32,000 nt of DNA. It comes from Mycobacterium tuberculosis H37Rv. GTDB lineage: Bacteria > Actinomycetota > Actinomycetes > Mycobacteriales > Mycobacteriaceae. This document shows positions 11,026 through 18,140 of the stretch, piece after piece. Each line of letters opens with the position of its first letter. Position 1 is the stretch's first letter. The position numbers and the translations under genes were made by a program. The stretch is from positions 2,220,001-2,252,000 of the forward strand of contig NC_000962.3 of the NCBI RefSeq assembly GCF_000195955.2. The letters run 5' to 3'. Under the pieces are notes generated by a model, which searched no databases, was not told where the DNA came from, and saw only the letters and a program-made list of their open reading frames with translations.

Positions 11026-11454
11026 ATGGCCGGACTGAACATTTACGTGAGGCGCTGGCGGACAGCGCTTCACGCAACCGTGTCGGCATTGATAGTTGCC
11101 ATCCTCGGACTCGCCATCACCCCGGTCGCTAGTGCGGCGACGGCCAGGGCGACGTTGTCGGTGACATCGACGTGGCAGACCGGTTTCATCGCCCGCTTCA
11201 CCATCACAAACTCGAGCACGGCGCCGCTAACCGATTGGAAGCTTGAATTCGACTTGCCGGCAGGAGAATCCGTCTTGCACACATGGAATAGCACCGTTGC
11301 ACGATCTGGCACGCACTACGTTCTCAGCCCAGCGAATTGGAATCGCATCATTGCCCCCGGTGGTTCAGCCACGGGCGGCCTAAGAGGCGGGCTGACCGGT
11401 TCTTACTCGCCGCCGTCGAGTTGTCTGCTCAACGGGCAATATCCTTGCACCTAG
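11026..11454 (+). CDS. Secreted CBM2 (cellulose-binding module family 2) protein without a catalytic domain (Rv1987-like, 142 aa)
   Basis: Signal peptide with RRWR and ASA-ATA. CBM2 pattern: TSTWQTGFIARFTITNSS...TDWKLEFDLPAG...HTWNS...NWNRIIAPGGSATGG...CLLNGQYPC. Start uncertain (TTG 11005 and GTG 11014 are alternatives). Confidence 0.85.
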   Translation: MAGLNIYVRRWRTALHATVSALIVAILGLAITPVASAATARATLSVTSTWQTGFIARFTITNSSTAPLTDWKLEFDLPAGESVLHTWNSTVARSGTHYVLSPANWNRIIAPGGSATGGLRGGLTGSYSPPSSCLLNGQYPCT

Positions 11455-11679
11455 ACGCGACTGCGCACTGAGGCTCGCCGACTGCAACAATGCGGCTACT
11501 GCCAGGTGGGTCTAGTGGGTCGTCACGGCCAACGTCATCTCGGAGTTGATGCGGACGGCGCCAGAGCCCTGGGGCTGGTGATGACCAGAAGGTTGCCTGA
11601 ACCGAGAAATTGGATTGATCGCAGTGCCGGTGGCGGGCTACGGTCGGGCGCGTGGGCATCTACGCAGTGACGGTACGTC

Positions 11680-12219
11680 GTGTCCGCCCTCGGACGGTCG
11701 CGACGGGCATGGGGCTGGCACCGGCTCCATGACGAATGGGCAGCGCGGGTAGTCAGCGCGGCCGCAGTGCGGCCCGGTGAGCTCGTGTTTGACATCGGCG
11801 CCGGCGAAGGGGCACTGACGGCGCATCTAGTGCGAGCGGGGGCGCGGGTGGTCGCCGTGGAGTTGCACCCGCGACGAGTCGGTGTCCTCCGCGAGCGATT
11901 CCCTGGCATTACCGTGGTGCACGCGGACGCCGCCTCGATCCGGTTGCCCGGCCGGCCGTTCCGGGTTGTGGCGAACCCGCCGTACGGGATTTCGTCCCGC
12001 CTGCTGCGGACGCTGCTGGCACCCAACAGCGGGCTTGTCGCGGCCGATCTCGTGCTGCAGCGAGCCCTCGTATGTAAATTCGCTTCTCGCAACGCGCGAA
12101 GGTTCACCCTGACCGTCGGCCTCATGCTGCCACGGCGCGCGTTCCTGCCACCGCCGCATGTGGATTCCGCGGTGCTCGTCGTCCGCCGCCGGAAGTGCGG
12201 TGACTGGCAGGGGCGGTAA
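11680..12219 (+). CDS. erm(37): 23S rRNA (adenine-N6) methyltransferase Erm(37), short form lacking the usual C-terminal RNA-binding domain (179 aa)
   Basis: SAM loop VFDIGAGEGALT and catalytic VVANPPYGIS. The ORF ends shortly after the catalytic domain. The 179-aa length matches the published length as I remember it. Confidence 0.9.
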   Translation: MSALGRSRRAWGWHRLHDEWAARVVSAAAVRPGELVFDIGAGEGALTAHLVRAGARVVAVELHPRRVGVLRERFPGITVVHADAASIRLPGRPFRVVANPPYGISSRLLRTLLAPNSGLVAADLVLQRALVCKFASRNARRFTLTVGLMLPRRAFLPPPHVDSAVLVVRRRKCGDWQGR

Positions 12220-12274
12220 ACCCGCGGCCGCCAGTAGGTGTACCACCTTTGCTAGAAGTGGCACACTTCGTTCT

Positions 12275-12427
12275 ATGTCGACCACTCGTCCGCGCTACCA
12301 AATAACCGAAACCCCGGAGGTAGCTCAGGCATTGGACCGGGCCGCCCAGCGATGGCCTGGCGAGCCCCGTTCCAAATTATTGCGGCGCCTGATCATCGAT
12401 GCTCGACGATCCGCGTTCCGCGGGTAG
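12275..12427 (+). CDS. Intact 50-codon ribbon-helix-helix antitoxin-like ORF (orphan VapB/CopG-like)
   Basis: MSTTRPRYQITETPEVAQALDRAAQRWPGEPRSKLLRRLIIDARRSAFRG shows a strand-helix-turn-helix RHH layout. A 13-bp perfect palindrome AGGTGTACCACCT lies at 12236-12248, 27 nt upstream. Family assigned by eye only. Confidence 0.4.
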   Translation: MSTTRPRYQITETPEVAQALDRAAQRWPGEPRSKLLRRLIIDARRSAFRG

Positions 12428-12671
12428 CGTCGTTGCGCCGTACGACGATGGCGAGCTGCTGCGTCTCGCCGAACTACGCGCTAGCAGCGGGCTAAAACTA
12501 CCTGATTGCTGCGTGCCGGATGTGGCAATTCATCACCAGGCAAGCCTCGCAACCTTTGACGACACGCTCGCTGCCGCAGCACGCACAAGGAGCGTGCCCG
12601 CTAGCACAAACGGCGCAGCTAACCCAATACGACCAGCTTCACTTGACATAATGTCGCTTATCGGCTTATAA
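12399..12671 (+). pseudogene. Truncated PIN-domain (VapC-like) toxin remnant overlapping the RHH ORF
   Basis: MLDD...VVAPYDDGELLRLAELRASSGLKLPDCCVPDVAIHHQASLATFDDTL resembles a PIN start fused to the C-terminal half of a VapC (vlpfd...D.lIAA.A......LaT.D). The central part, about 50-60 aa including the second acidic residue, appears missing. Confidence 0.4.
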
Positions 12672-12738
12672 GTGATGCGAGTTGCTCCTTACGATGACCA
12701 TGGCACAGCGGCATCCTTCTCTGCGCCAAGCTGGCCAG

Positions 12739-13299
12739 CTACGTGGCTCGAAGTTCTTGGTAAAGAGCAGGCGTCAGATCGACGCTTTGTCGCAGTTGTA
12801 GTTGGCCCGGCCGAGTTCGCTGTTCATACGCGGTGACAACGAGGCCGACACCGCCCGCCGCCGGCACGAGGACACCTTGCATGTGCAAGAACCAGGCCGC
12901 ATGTCCGACCGCCTGGCACCCTGACCAGTCGTCGCCATAGATGTCGTCGTTCTCGAGCCCCACGGCTTCCCGAGCTTGCGGGGTTGTCAGATCGAGGACG
13001 GCCAGGTCCGTGACGTCGATCGTGTGTAGTCGGTAGGCCGCCTCGAGCATCTTCTCTGCGGTCGTTGAAGCCGCTTGCGCCGCCCGTTCCACCTCAACCA
13101 TGCAGGCTTGGGCGGAATCAGCAAGATAGATCGCCGGAAAGAGCAGCGGCGGATTCCACCTGCCTCCGAATCTGCGCGCGCCCTCACCGGACAAGGCGTC
13201 ACGGTGCGCGCCGGTATACCGGTAGCACGTTTCCGACCACTCAATTGTTCCGCGTGCGTCGATACGCTGGACGAGCCCTTCATCGAGGGCATCGCTCAC
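12739..13299 (-). CDS. mbcT: RES-domain toxin MbcT (NAD+ phosphorylase), 186 aa
   Basis: VSDALDEGLVQRIDARGTIEW... with the RES-type core ARRFGGRWNPPLLFPAIYLADSAQACMVEVERA. GTG at 13297-13299 overlaps the upstream antitoxin stop as GTGA. Confidence 0.9.
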   Translation of the reverse strand: MSDALDEGLVQRIDARGTIEWSETCYRYTGAHRDALSGEGARRFGGRWNPPLLFPAIYLADSAQACMVEVERAAQAASTTAEKMLEAAYRLHTIDVTDLAVLDLTTPQAREAVGLENDDIYGDDWSGCQAVGHAAWFLHMQGVLVPAAGGVGLVVTAYEQRTRPGQLQLRQSVDLTPALYQELRAT

Positions 13300-13637
13300 A
13301 CGAACACTCCCTCCGCCATCGCGTCGATGAGCGCCAACACGCGTTGGTACTCGCCGTCTCGCACGAGGTCGGCAGGCTTGCGGTGTTCCAGTAACCGATT
13401 CGGCGAAAACATCCACACGTTCGCCTGGTCACGCGGCAGCACTTCCGCGAGGGCGTCGGCGACATAGGCCAGCTCGATAAGTCGTTGCTTGTTGAGGCGT
13501 TGGGGAACCACCTGACCTGCGGTCCATCGCGCCACGGAACGCGGCGAGGCATCGACGATGTCACCGACTTCCTCGTAGGTCAATCCCAAGCGCTCGATCG
13601 CACCCGACACGGTCGAGGCGAGCACATTTACTCCCAT
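13296..13637 (-). CDS. mbcA: Xre-like/DUF2384 antitoxin MbcA, 113 aa
   Basis: N-terminal HTH-like LTYEEVGDIVDASPRSVARWTAG. C-terminal DUF2384-like WMFSPNRLLEHRKPADLVRDGEYQRVLALIDAMAEGVF. SD AAAGGAAG upstream. Confidence 0.9.
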   Translation of the reverse strand: MGVNVLASTVSGAIERLGLTYEEVGDIVDASPRSVARWTAGQVVPQRLNKQRLIELAYVADALAEVLPRDQANVWMFSPNRLLEHRKPADLVRDGEYQRVLALIDAMAEGVFV

Positions 13638-13668
13638 GGGCAGCCTGTCTTCCTTTTGTCTATTGATT

Positions 13669-13685
13669 TGTCATGTATTATGACA
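13669..13685 (-). promoter_or_regulatory. Candidate mbcAT promoter/operator: TGTCAT-N5-ATGACA palindrome overlapping a CATAAT -10-like hexamer
   Basis: Perfect 6-bp arms at 13669-13674 and 13680-13685 in an AT-rich patch about 32-48 nt upstream of the mbcA ATG. Minus-strand CATAAT at 13677-13682. TTGTC direct repeats lie adjacent. Confidence 0.35.
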
Positions 13686-13722
13686 CGAACCGAGGCGTCG
13701 ATGCGAGAGGAACTTCACGACG

Positions 13723-14255
<533 letters not shown>

Positions 14256-14304
14256 TTACACCAAGCAGGAACGTCACCGTGACGAATTGTCGCGTGGCGC
14301 AGTG

Positions 14305-14649
14305 TCAAAGGTCCAGTACGCGACGAAGTCCTCGGTCAACCTCGTGCATCAAGCTCGCTGGCACCTCCCCAACTCGGTCGGTGAGGTCAGTCTTGTTGAG
14401 CGTGACAATCGCCGTGACGTTGACGACCGAGTCACGTGGCAGTCGCGTTGTGGTCGCGGGCAAGAACACGTTGCCGGGCATTGCCGCCAGCGCCGTATTG
14501 GACGTGATCACCGCTGCGATCACAGTGGCAAGGCGACTTGCGTTGTACGGATCTGACTGGATTACGAGCACCGGGCGGCGCTTCGCCGGCTGACTGCCTG
14601 ATGGCGGCCCGAGGTCAGCCCAGTAGATCTCGGCACGACTAATCACCAC
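14305..14649 (-). CDS. mazF6: MazF-family endoribonuclease toxin MazF6 (114 aa)
   Basis: PemK/MazF pattern MVISRAEIYWADLGPPSGSQPAKRRPVLVIQSD...NVTAIVTLNKTDL. Overlaps the upstream antitoxin gene by 7 nt. Confidence 0.92.
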   Translation of the reverse strand: MVISRAEIYWADLGPPSGSQPAKRRPVLVIQSDPYNASRLATVIAAVITSNTALAAMPGNVFLPATTTRLPRDSVVNVTAIVTLNKTDLTDRVGEVPASLMHEVDRGLRRVLDL

Positions 14650-14891
14650 TCATCGTCCATGGTTTCTAGCACGCGGTATGCGTTGGCCACGGCGAGGGCC
14701 TCCGCTTCGTCGGTGCCATGGATGCTCTCTAGAGCCCTGTCGATCTGGCCCGTGAGCAATTGGGCGTCCAGCTCGTGCAGGTAGCGCTGCGCAGCCTTCG
14801 TGAAGAACTCGGACCGACTCATGCCGAGCTCACTCGCACGCCGCGATACCCGATCGAACGTCTCATCCGGCAGAGAAATAGCTGTCTTCAT
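14643..14891 (-). CDS. mazE6: MazE6 ribbon-helix-helix antitoxin (82 aa)
   Basis: MKTAISLPDETFDRVSRRASELGMSRSEFFTKAAQRYL is an RHH (CopG-like) N-terminus. Immediately upstream of mazF6. Confidence 0.9.
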   Translation of the reverse strand: MKTAISLPDETFDRVSRRASELGMSRSEFFTKAAQRYLHELDAQLLTGQIDRALESIHGTDEAEALAVANAYRVLETMDDEW

Positions 14892-14915
14892 ACAGATAGT
14901 ATAACCGGGTATAAC
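14892..14915 (-). promoter_or_regulatory. Candidate leaderless mazEF6 promoter: TATACT -10 hexamer 6 nt upstream of the ATG, within a GTATAAC-N3-GTATAAC direct repeat
   Basis: Minus strand reads TTATACCCGGTTATACTATCTGT-ATG. TATACT is at 14898-14903. The + strand GTATAAC copies are at 14899-14905 and 14909-14915. No SD is visible. Confidence 0.4.
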
Positions 14916-14990
14916 TTCCAGAAGACGGCGGCTGTTTCGTCACAGTGACGCTATTGCTGGTCCAAACACACTCCACGATTCCGCGCGTCG

Positions 14991-17306
14991 CTACCCCGGG
15001 ATAGTCCGATCAGGTGTCTTGGGTGGCCCGGCAAGTGGTTTGATGCGTCCGGCCCGCACGCCGTTGGCGATGACGATGACCTCGGTGAACTCGTGCACAA
15101 GCACGACCGCGGCCAGTCCGAGGATCCCGAACAACGCCAGCGGCATCAGCACGGTGATGATACTTAGGGACAATCCGACGTTTTGCACCATGATCTGCCG
15201 CGAGCGCCGGGCATGGTCTAGGGCTTGGGGCAGATGCCGCAGGTCTTGGCCCATCAGGGCGACGTCGGCGGTTTCGATGGCGACGTCGGTTCCCATGGCG
15301 CCCATCGCGATTCCCAGGTCGGCGGCGGCCAGGGCCGGAGCGTCGTTGACTCCGTCGCCGACCATCGCGGTGGGTTGCCGAGCCCGCAGCTGTGCGACCA
15401 GATGAGCCTTGTCCTCGGGCCGCAATTCGGCATGTACCTGCTCGATGCCGGCTTGGGCTGCCAGGGCGGCAGCGGTGGCATGGTTGTCGCCGGTGAGCAT
15501 CGTCACCTGGTAGCCGCCGGTGCGCAGCCCGGCCACCACCTCGGCGGCTTCCGGGCGTAGTTCGTCGCGCACGGCGATGGCACCAAGCAGCTGCTGGTCG
15601 CGTTCGACGAGAACCGCTGTGGCGCCGGCTTGTTGCATGCACGCCACATGATCTGCGAGCTCGGCGGCATCGAGCCAGCCGGGTCGCCCCAGTCGCACCA
15701 CCCGCCCGTCGAGGCGGCCTATCAGCCCGGCGCCCGGGACGGCTTGCACGTCGCTGGCGGCGGTCGTCGCTTGGGTCGCGGCAAGCACGGCCACAGCCAG
15801 GGGATGTTCGCTGCGGGCTTCCAGGGCGGCTGCCACCGCCAACACTTCCTCGCGGGTAGCGCCGTTTGTGGTGGCGACGTCGATGACGACGGGCCGGTTG
15901 GCGGTTAACGTACCGGTTTTGTCCAGGGCTACCGCGCGGATGGTGCCCAGGGTTTCCAGCGCGGCGCCGCCCTTGATGAGCACGCCGAGTCTGGAGGCGG
16001 CGCCGATGGACGCGACCACGGTGACCGGAACGGCGATGGCCAGCGCGCACGGGGCGGCGGCGACTAATACCACGAGCGCGCGTTCGATCCAGACCAGCGG
16101 ATTACCCAAGACGCTGCCGGTCCCGGCGATCAGCGCCGCGGCGATCATGATGCTGGGCACCAACGGTCGCGCGATACAGTCGGCTAGCCGCTGACTAGCA
16201 CCTTTTCGGACCTGTTCGGCCTCCACGATGTGCACGATGCGCGCCAGCGAGTTGTTGGCCGCGGTAGCGGTGACCCCCACCTGCAGCACGCCCAAGCCGT
16301 TGATCGACCCGGCGAACACTTCGTCACCGGGTCCAACCTCGACCGGCACCGATTCGCCGGTGATCGCGGAGACATCCAGGGCGGTGCGCCCGGCACGAAT
16401 GATGCCGTCGGTGGCCAGGCGTTCGCCCGGTTTAACGATCATCTGGTCACCGACGTGCAATTCGGTTGAGGCCACGATGGTTTCGGTGCCCTCCCGCAGA
16501 ACTGTGGCCTGATCCGGCACCAGCGACAGCAGGGCGCGCAGGCCACGGCGAGTGCGCGCCGTCGCGTATTCCTCCAAGCCTTCGCTGATCGAGAACAGAA
16601 ACGCCAGCGTAGCGGCCTCACCCAGCTCGCCAAGTGCGACAGCGCCCAGCGCGGCGATGGTCATCAGGGTGCCTACGCCGACGCGGCCTTCGGCCAGTCG
16701 TTTGAGGCTGGAGGGCACGAATGTCGAGGCCCCAACCGCCAGCGCAAGGGCCTTCAGTCCCAGTACGACCGGCCACAGCGGATAAGCCCATGCGGCAACT
16801 AGCGACGCGGTCAGCAACACTCCGGAGAATGCGGCTCGCCGCAGTTTGGCGACTTGCCAGAGCTGCTCCGGCTCGCGGTCCTCGTTGTCCTCGCCGTCGC
16901 AGCAGGCATCGCTCGTCTCCCCCGATGGCTGCGCGGCCACGTCACGCCGAACTCCTGATAGTGTTCGCGTGCTCCAGTCGATGATTTTCTGCACTACCCC
17001 GGCCTTGCGGTTACTGGCCGAGCGCGAAGCATACGCGGGCACCGCCGCCGCAGGGACGGTCTCGGCATCGATGATTGCCGACAGGATGGCAGCGGTGTCG
17101 CAGATTGCGCGTGAATACCAGATCACAATGGATGCCGTCCGCGGATAGGCATGCACGGCCTGCACACCGGCCACCTTGCCGACGGTGTCCTCGATCGCAA
17201 CGGCCCGTCCCGCGTCGAACTGAAACCCGGTGGCCTGCACACGCATCCGCCCGGCTGCATCGGATACAACGGTCAGCTGGACCTCGGCGTCAACTACAGT
17301 CGTCAC
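14991..17306 (-). CDS. ctpG: P1B-type heavy-metal-transporting ATPase CtpG (771 aa)
   Basis: DKTGTLT phosphorylation site, GDGVNDAPAL hinge, and TM6 motif AAPCALA (APC in place of CPC). N-terminal HMA-like fold lacks CxxC and is followed by DACCDGEDNED. GTGA overlap with the upstream gene. Confidence 0.95.
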   Translation of the reverse strand: MTTVVDAEVQLTVVSDAAGRMRVQATGFQFDAGRAVAIEDTVGKVAGVQAVHAYPRTASIVIWYSRAICDTAAILSAIIDAETVPAAAVPAYASRSASNRKAGVVQKIIDWSTRTLSGVRRDVAAQPSGETSDACCDGEDNEDREPEQLWQVAKLRRAAFSGVLLTASLVAAWAYPLWPVVLGLKALALAVGASTFVPSSLKRLAEGRVGVGTLMTIAALGAVALGELGEAATLAFLFSISEGLEEYATARTRRGLRALLSLVPDQATVLREGTETIVASTELHVGDQMIVKPGERLATDGIIRAGRTALDVSAITGESVPVEVGPGDEVFAGSINGLGVLQVGVTATAANNSLARIVHIVEAEQVRKGASQRLADCIARPLVPSIMIAAALIAGTGSVLGNPLVWIERALVVLVAAAPCALAIAVPVTVVASIGAASRLGVLIKGGAALETLGTIRAVALDKTGTLTANRPVVIDVATTNGATREEVLAVAAALEARSEHPLAVAVLAATQATTAASDVQAVPGAGLIGRLDGRVVRLGRPGWLDAAELADHVACMQQAGATAVLVERDQQLLGAIAVRDELRPEAAEVVAGLRTGGYQVTMLTGDNHATAAALAAQAGIEQVHAELRPEDKAHLVAQLRARQPTAMVGDGVNDAPALAAADLGIAMGAMGTDVAIETADVALMGQDLRHLPQALDHARRSRQIMVQNVGLSLSIITVLMPLALFGILGLAAVVLVHEFTEVIVIANGVRAGRIKPLAGPPKTPDRTIPG

Positions 17307-17575
17307 TCGTCGACCCTGGCGCCAGCGGGCAGGGGCGCCTCCTCACCGATGCGCCCGCGAGCCTCGGCAACGACGTCGGCGACTGTCAGCCGGGCCGACT
17401 CGGCCGCCGCCTCCGCGCGCCGGGTTCCGCGCAGGCCCCACTCCATCACGGTCACCGACGCCCGGCGAATGGGCGCCGTACCCAGCGCTTTGCGCAGCGT
17501 TTCGTAGGCGCTCACCCCGACCAGTCCGGTGAGCACCGCCCCGGCCGCCTTAACCAATAGCTCATGCGTAACCAC
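17303..17575 (-). CDS. pacL2: DUF1490 / PacL-family small membrane protein associated with the P-ATPase (Rv1993c, 90 aa)
   Basis: GTG 17573-17575 is preceded by AAAGGAGAA with an 8-nt spacer. One N-terminal hydrophobic helix (LLVKAAGAVLTGLVGVSAY), then an Ala/Glu/Arg-rich tail. Sits between cmtR and ctpG. The PacL2 name is from memory. Confidence 0.75.
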   Translation of the reverse strand: MVTHELLVKAAGAVLTGLVGVSAYETLRKALGTAPIRRASVTVMEWGLRGTRRAEAAAESARLTVADVVAEARGRIGEEAPLPAGARVDE

Positions 17576-17627
17576 GGTCAGTTCTCCTTTGCTTTGTCCT
17601 GTAACCACAAGTCGTGTCGTCTGCTGC

Positions 17628-17984
17628 TCAGCTACCTGTCATCTCGACCGCCTCCCCGGACGCGGCGCGCTCGGCGACACAGGGTTGGTCGGTATCCACC
17701 GCGAGAACGACCTGGACCAACTCGCCCAAGGCTCGCGCCAGGTGACTGTCGGCCAGCGCATACCGAACCTGCCGGCCCTCATAGGTTGCGACTACCAGCC
17801 CGCAGCCCCGCAAACACGACAGATGGTTGGACACATTCGATCGGGTCAACCCGAGGTGCGCAGCTAGCTGGCCGGGATAGCAAACGCCATCCAGCAACGC
17901 CACCAGAATCCGGCACCGCGTCGGATCAGCCAGAGCCCGGCCGAGTCGAGCCAGGGCCGATTCCCGCATCTCACACGTCAGCAT
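17628..17984 (-). CDS. cmtR: ArsR/SmtB-family Cd(II)/Pb(II)-sensing repressor CmtR (118 aa)
   Basis: wHTH LADPTRCRILVALLDGVCYPGQLAAHLGLTRSNVSNHLSCLRGCGLV, with the Cys pair in the CLRGC region and a C-terminal Cys (DQPCV). Confidence 0.93.
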   Translation of the reverse strand: MLTCEMRESALARLGRALADPTRCRILVALLDGVCYPGQLAAHLGLTRSNVSNHLSCLRGCGLVVATYEGRQVRYALADSHLARALGELVQVVLAVDTDQPCVAERAASGEAVEMTGS

Positions 17985-17991
17985 AGATCAA

Positions 17992-18014
17992 ATAGTACAC
18001 CATATACTGGTATA
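17992..18014 (-). promoter_or_regulatory. Candidate cmt operator-promoter: TATAC-TG-GTATA inverted repeat plus a TACTAT -10 hexamer 7 nt upstream of the cmtR ATG
   Basis: Inverted repeat at 18003-18014, within a degenerate 12-2-12 region. Minus-strand TACTAT at 17992-17997 followed by TTGATCT-ATG, suggesting a leaderless start. Confidence 0.45.
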
Positions 18015-18140
18015 ACAGCAAGAGCTGAATTGTACATCCATAGCAGATATGATCGGCGCGCGTCACAAGCTTCCGGCCGCAGAGCCGCCAACTCACGATA
18101 TCGTTAACCGATATCCCGAGCCGATAGCTGGCGGGCTCGG

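Noticed and set aside
14895-18021. Shared ATAGTA...GGTATAAC words at the mazE6 promoter (14895-14915) and the cmtR operator-promoter (17993-18016), hinting at a second CmtR site
   Set aside because: The spacing between the two words differs (6 versus 11 nt) and the TATAC-TG-GTATA dyad is absent at mazE6. The similarity is most simply explained by both being AT-rich -10 regions.
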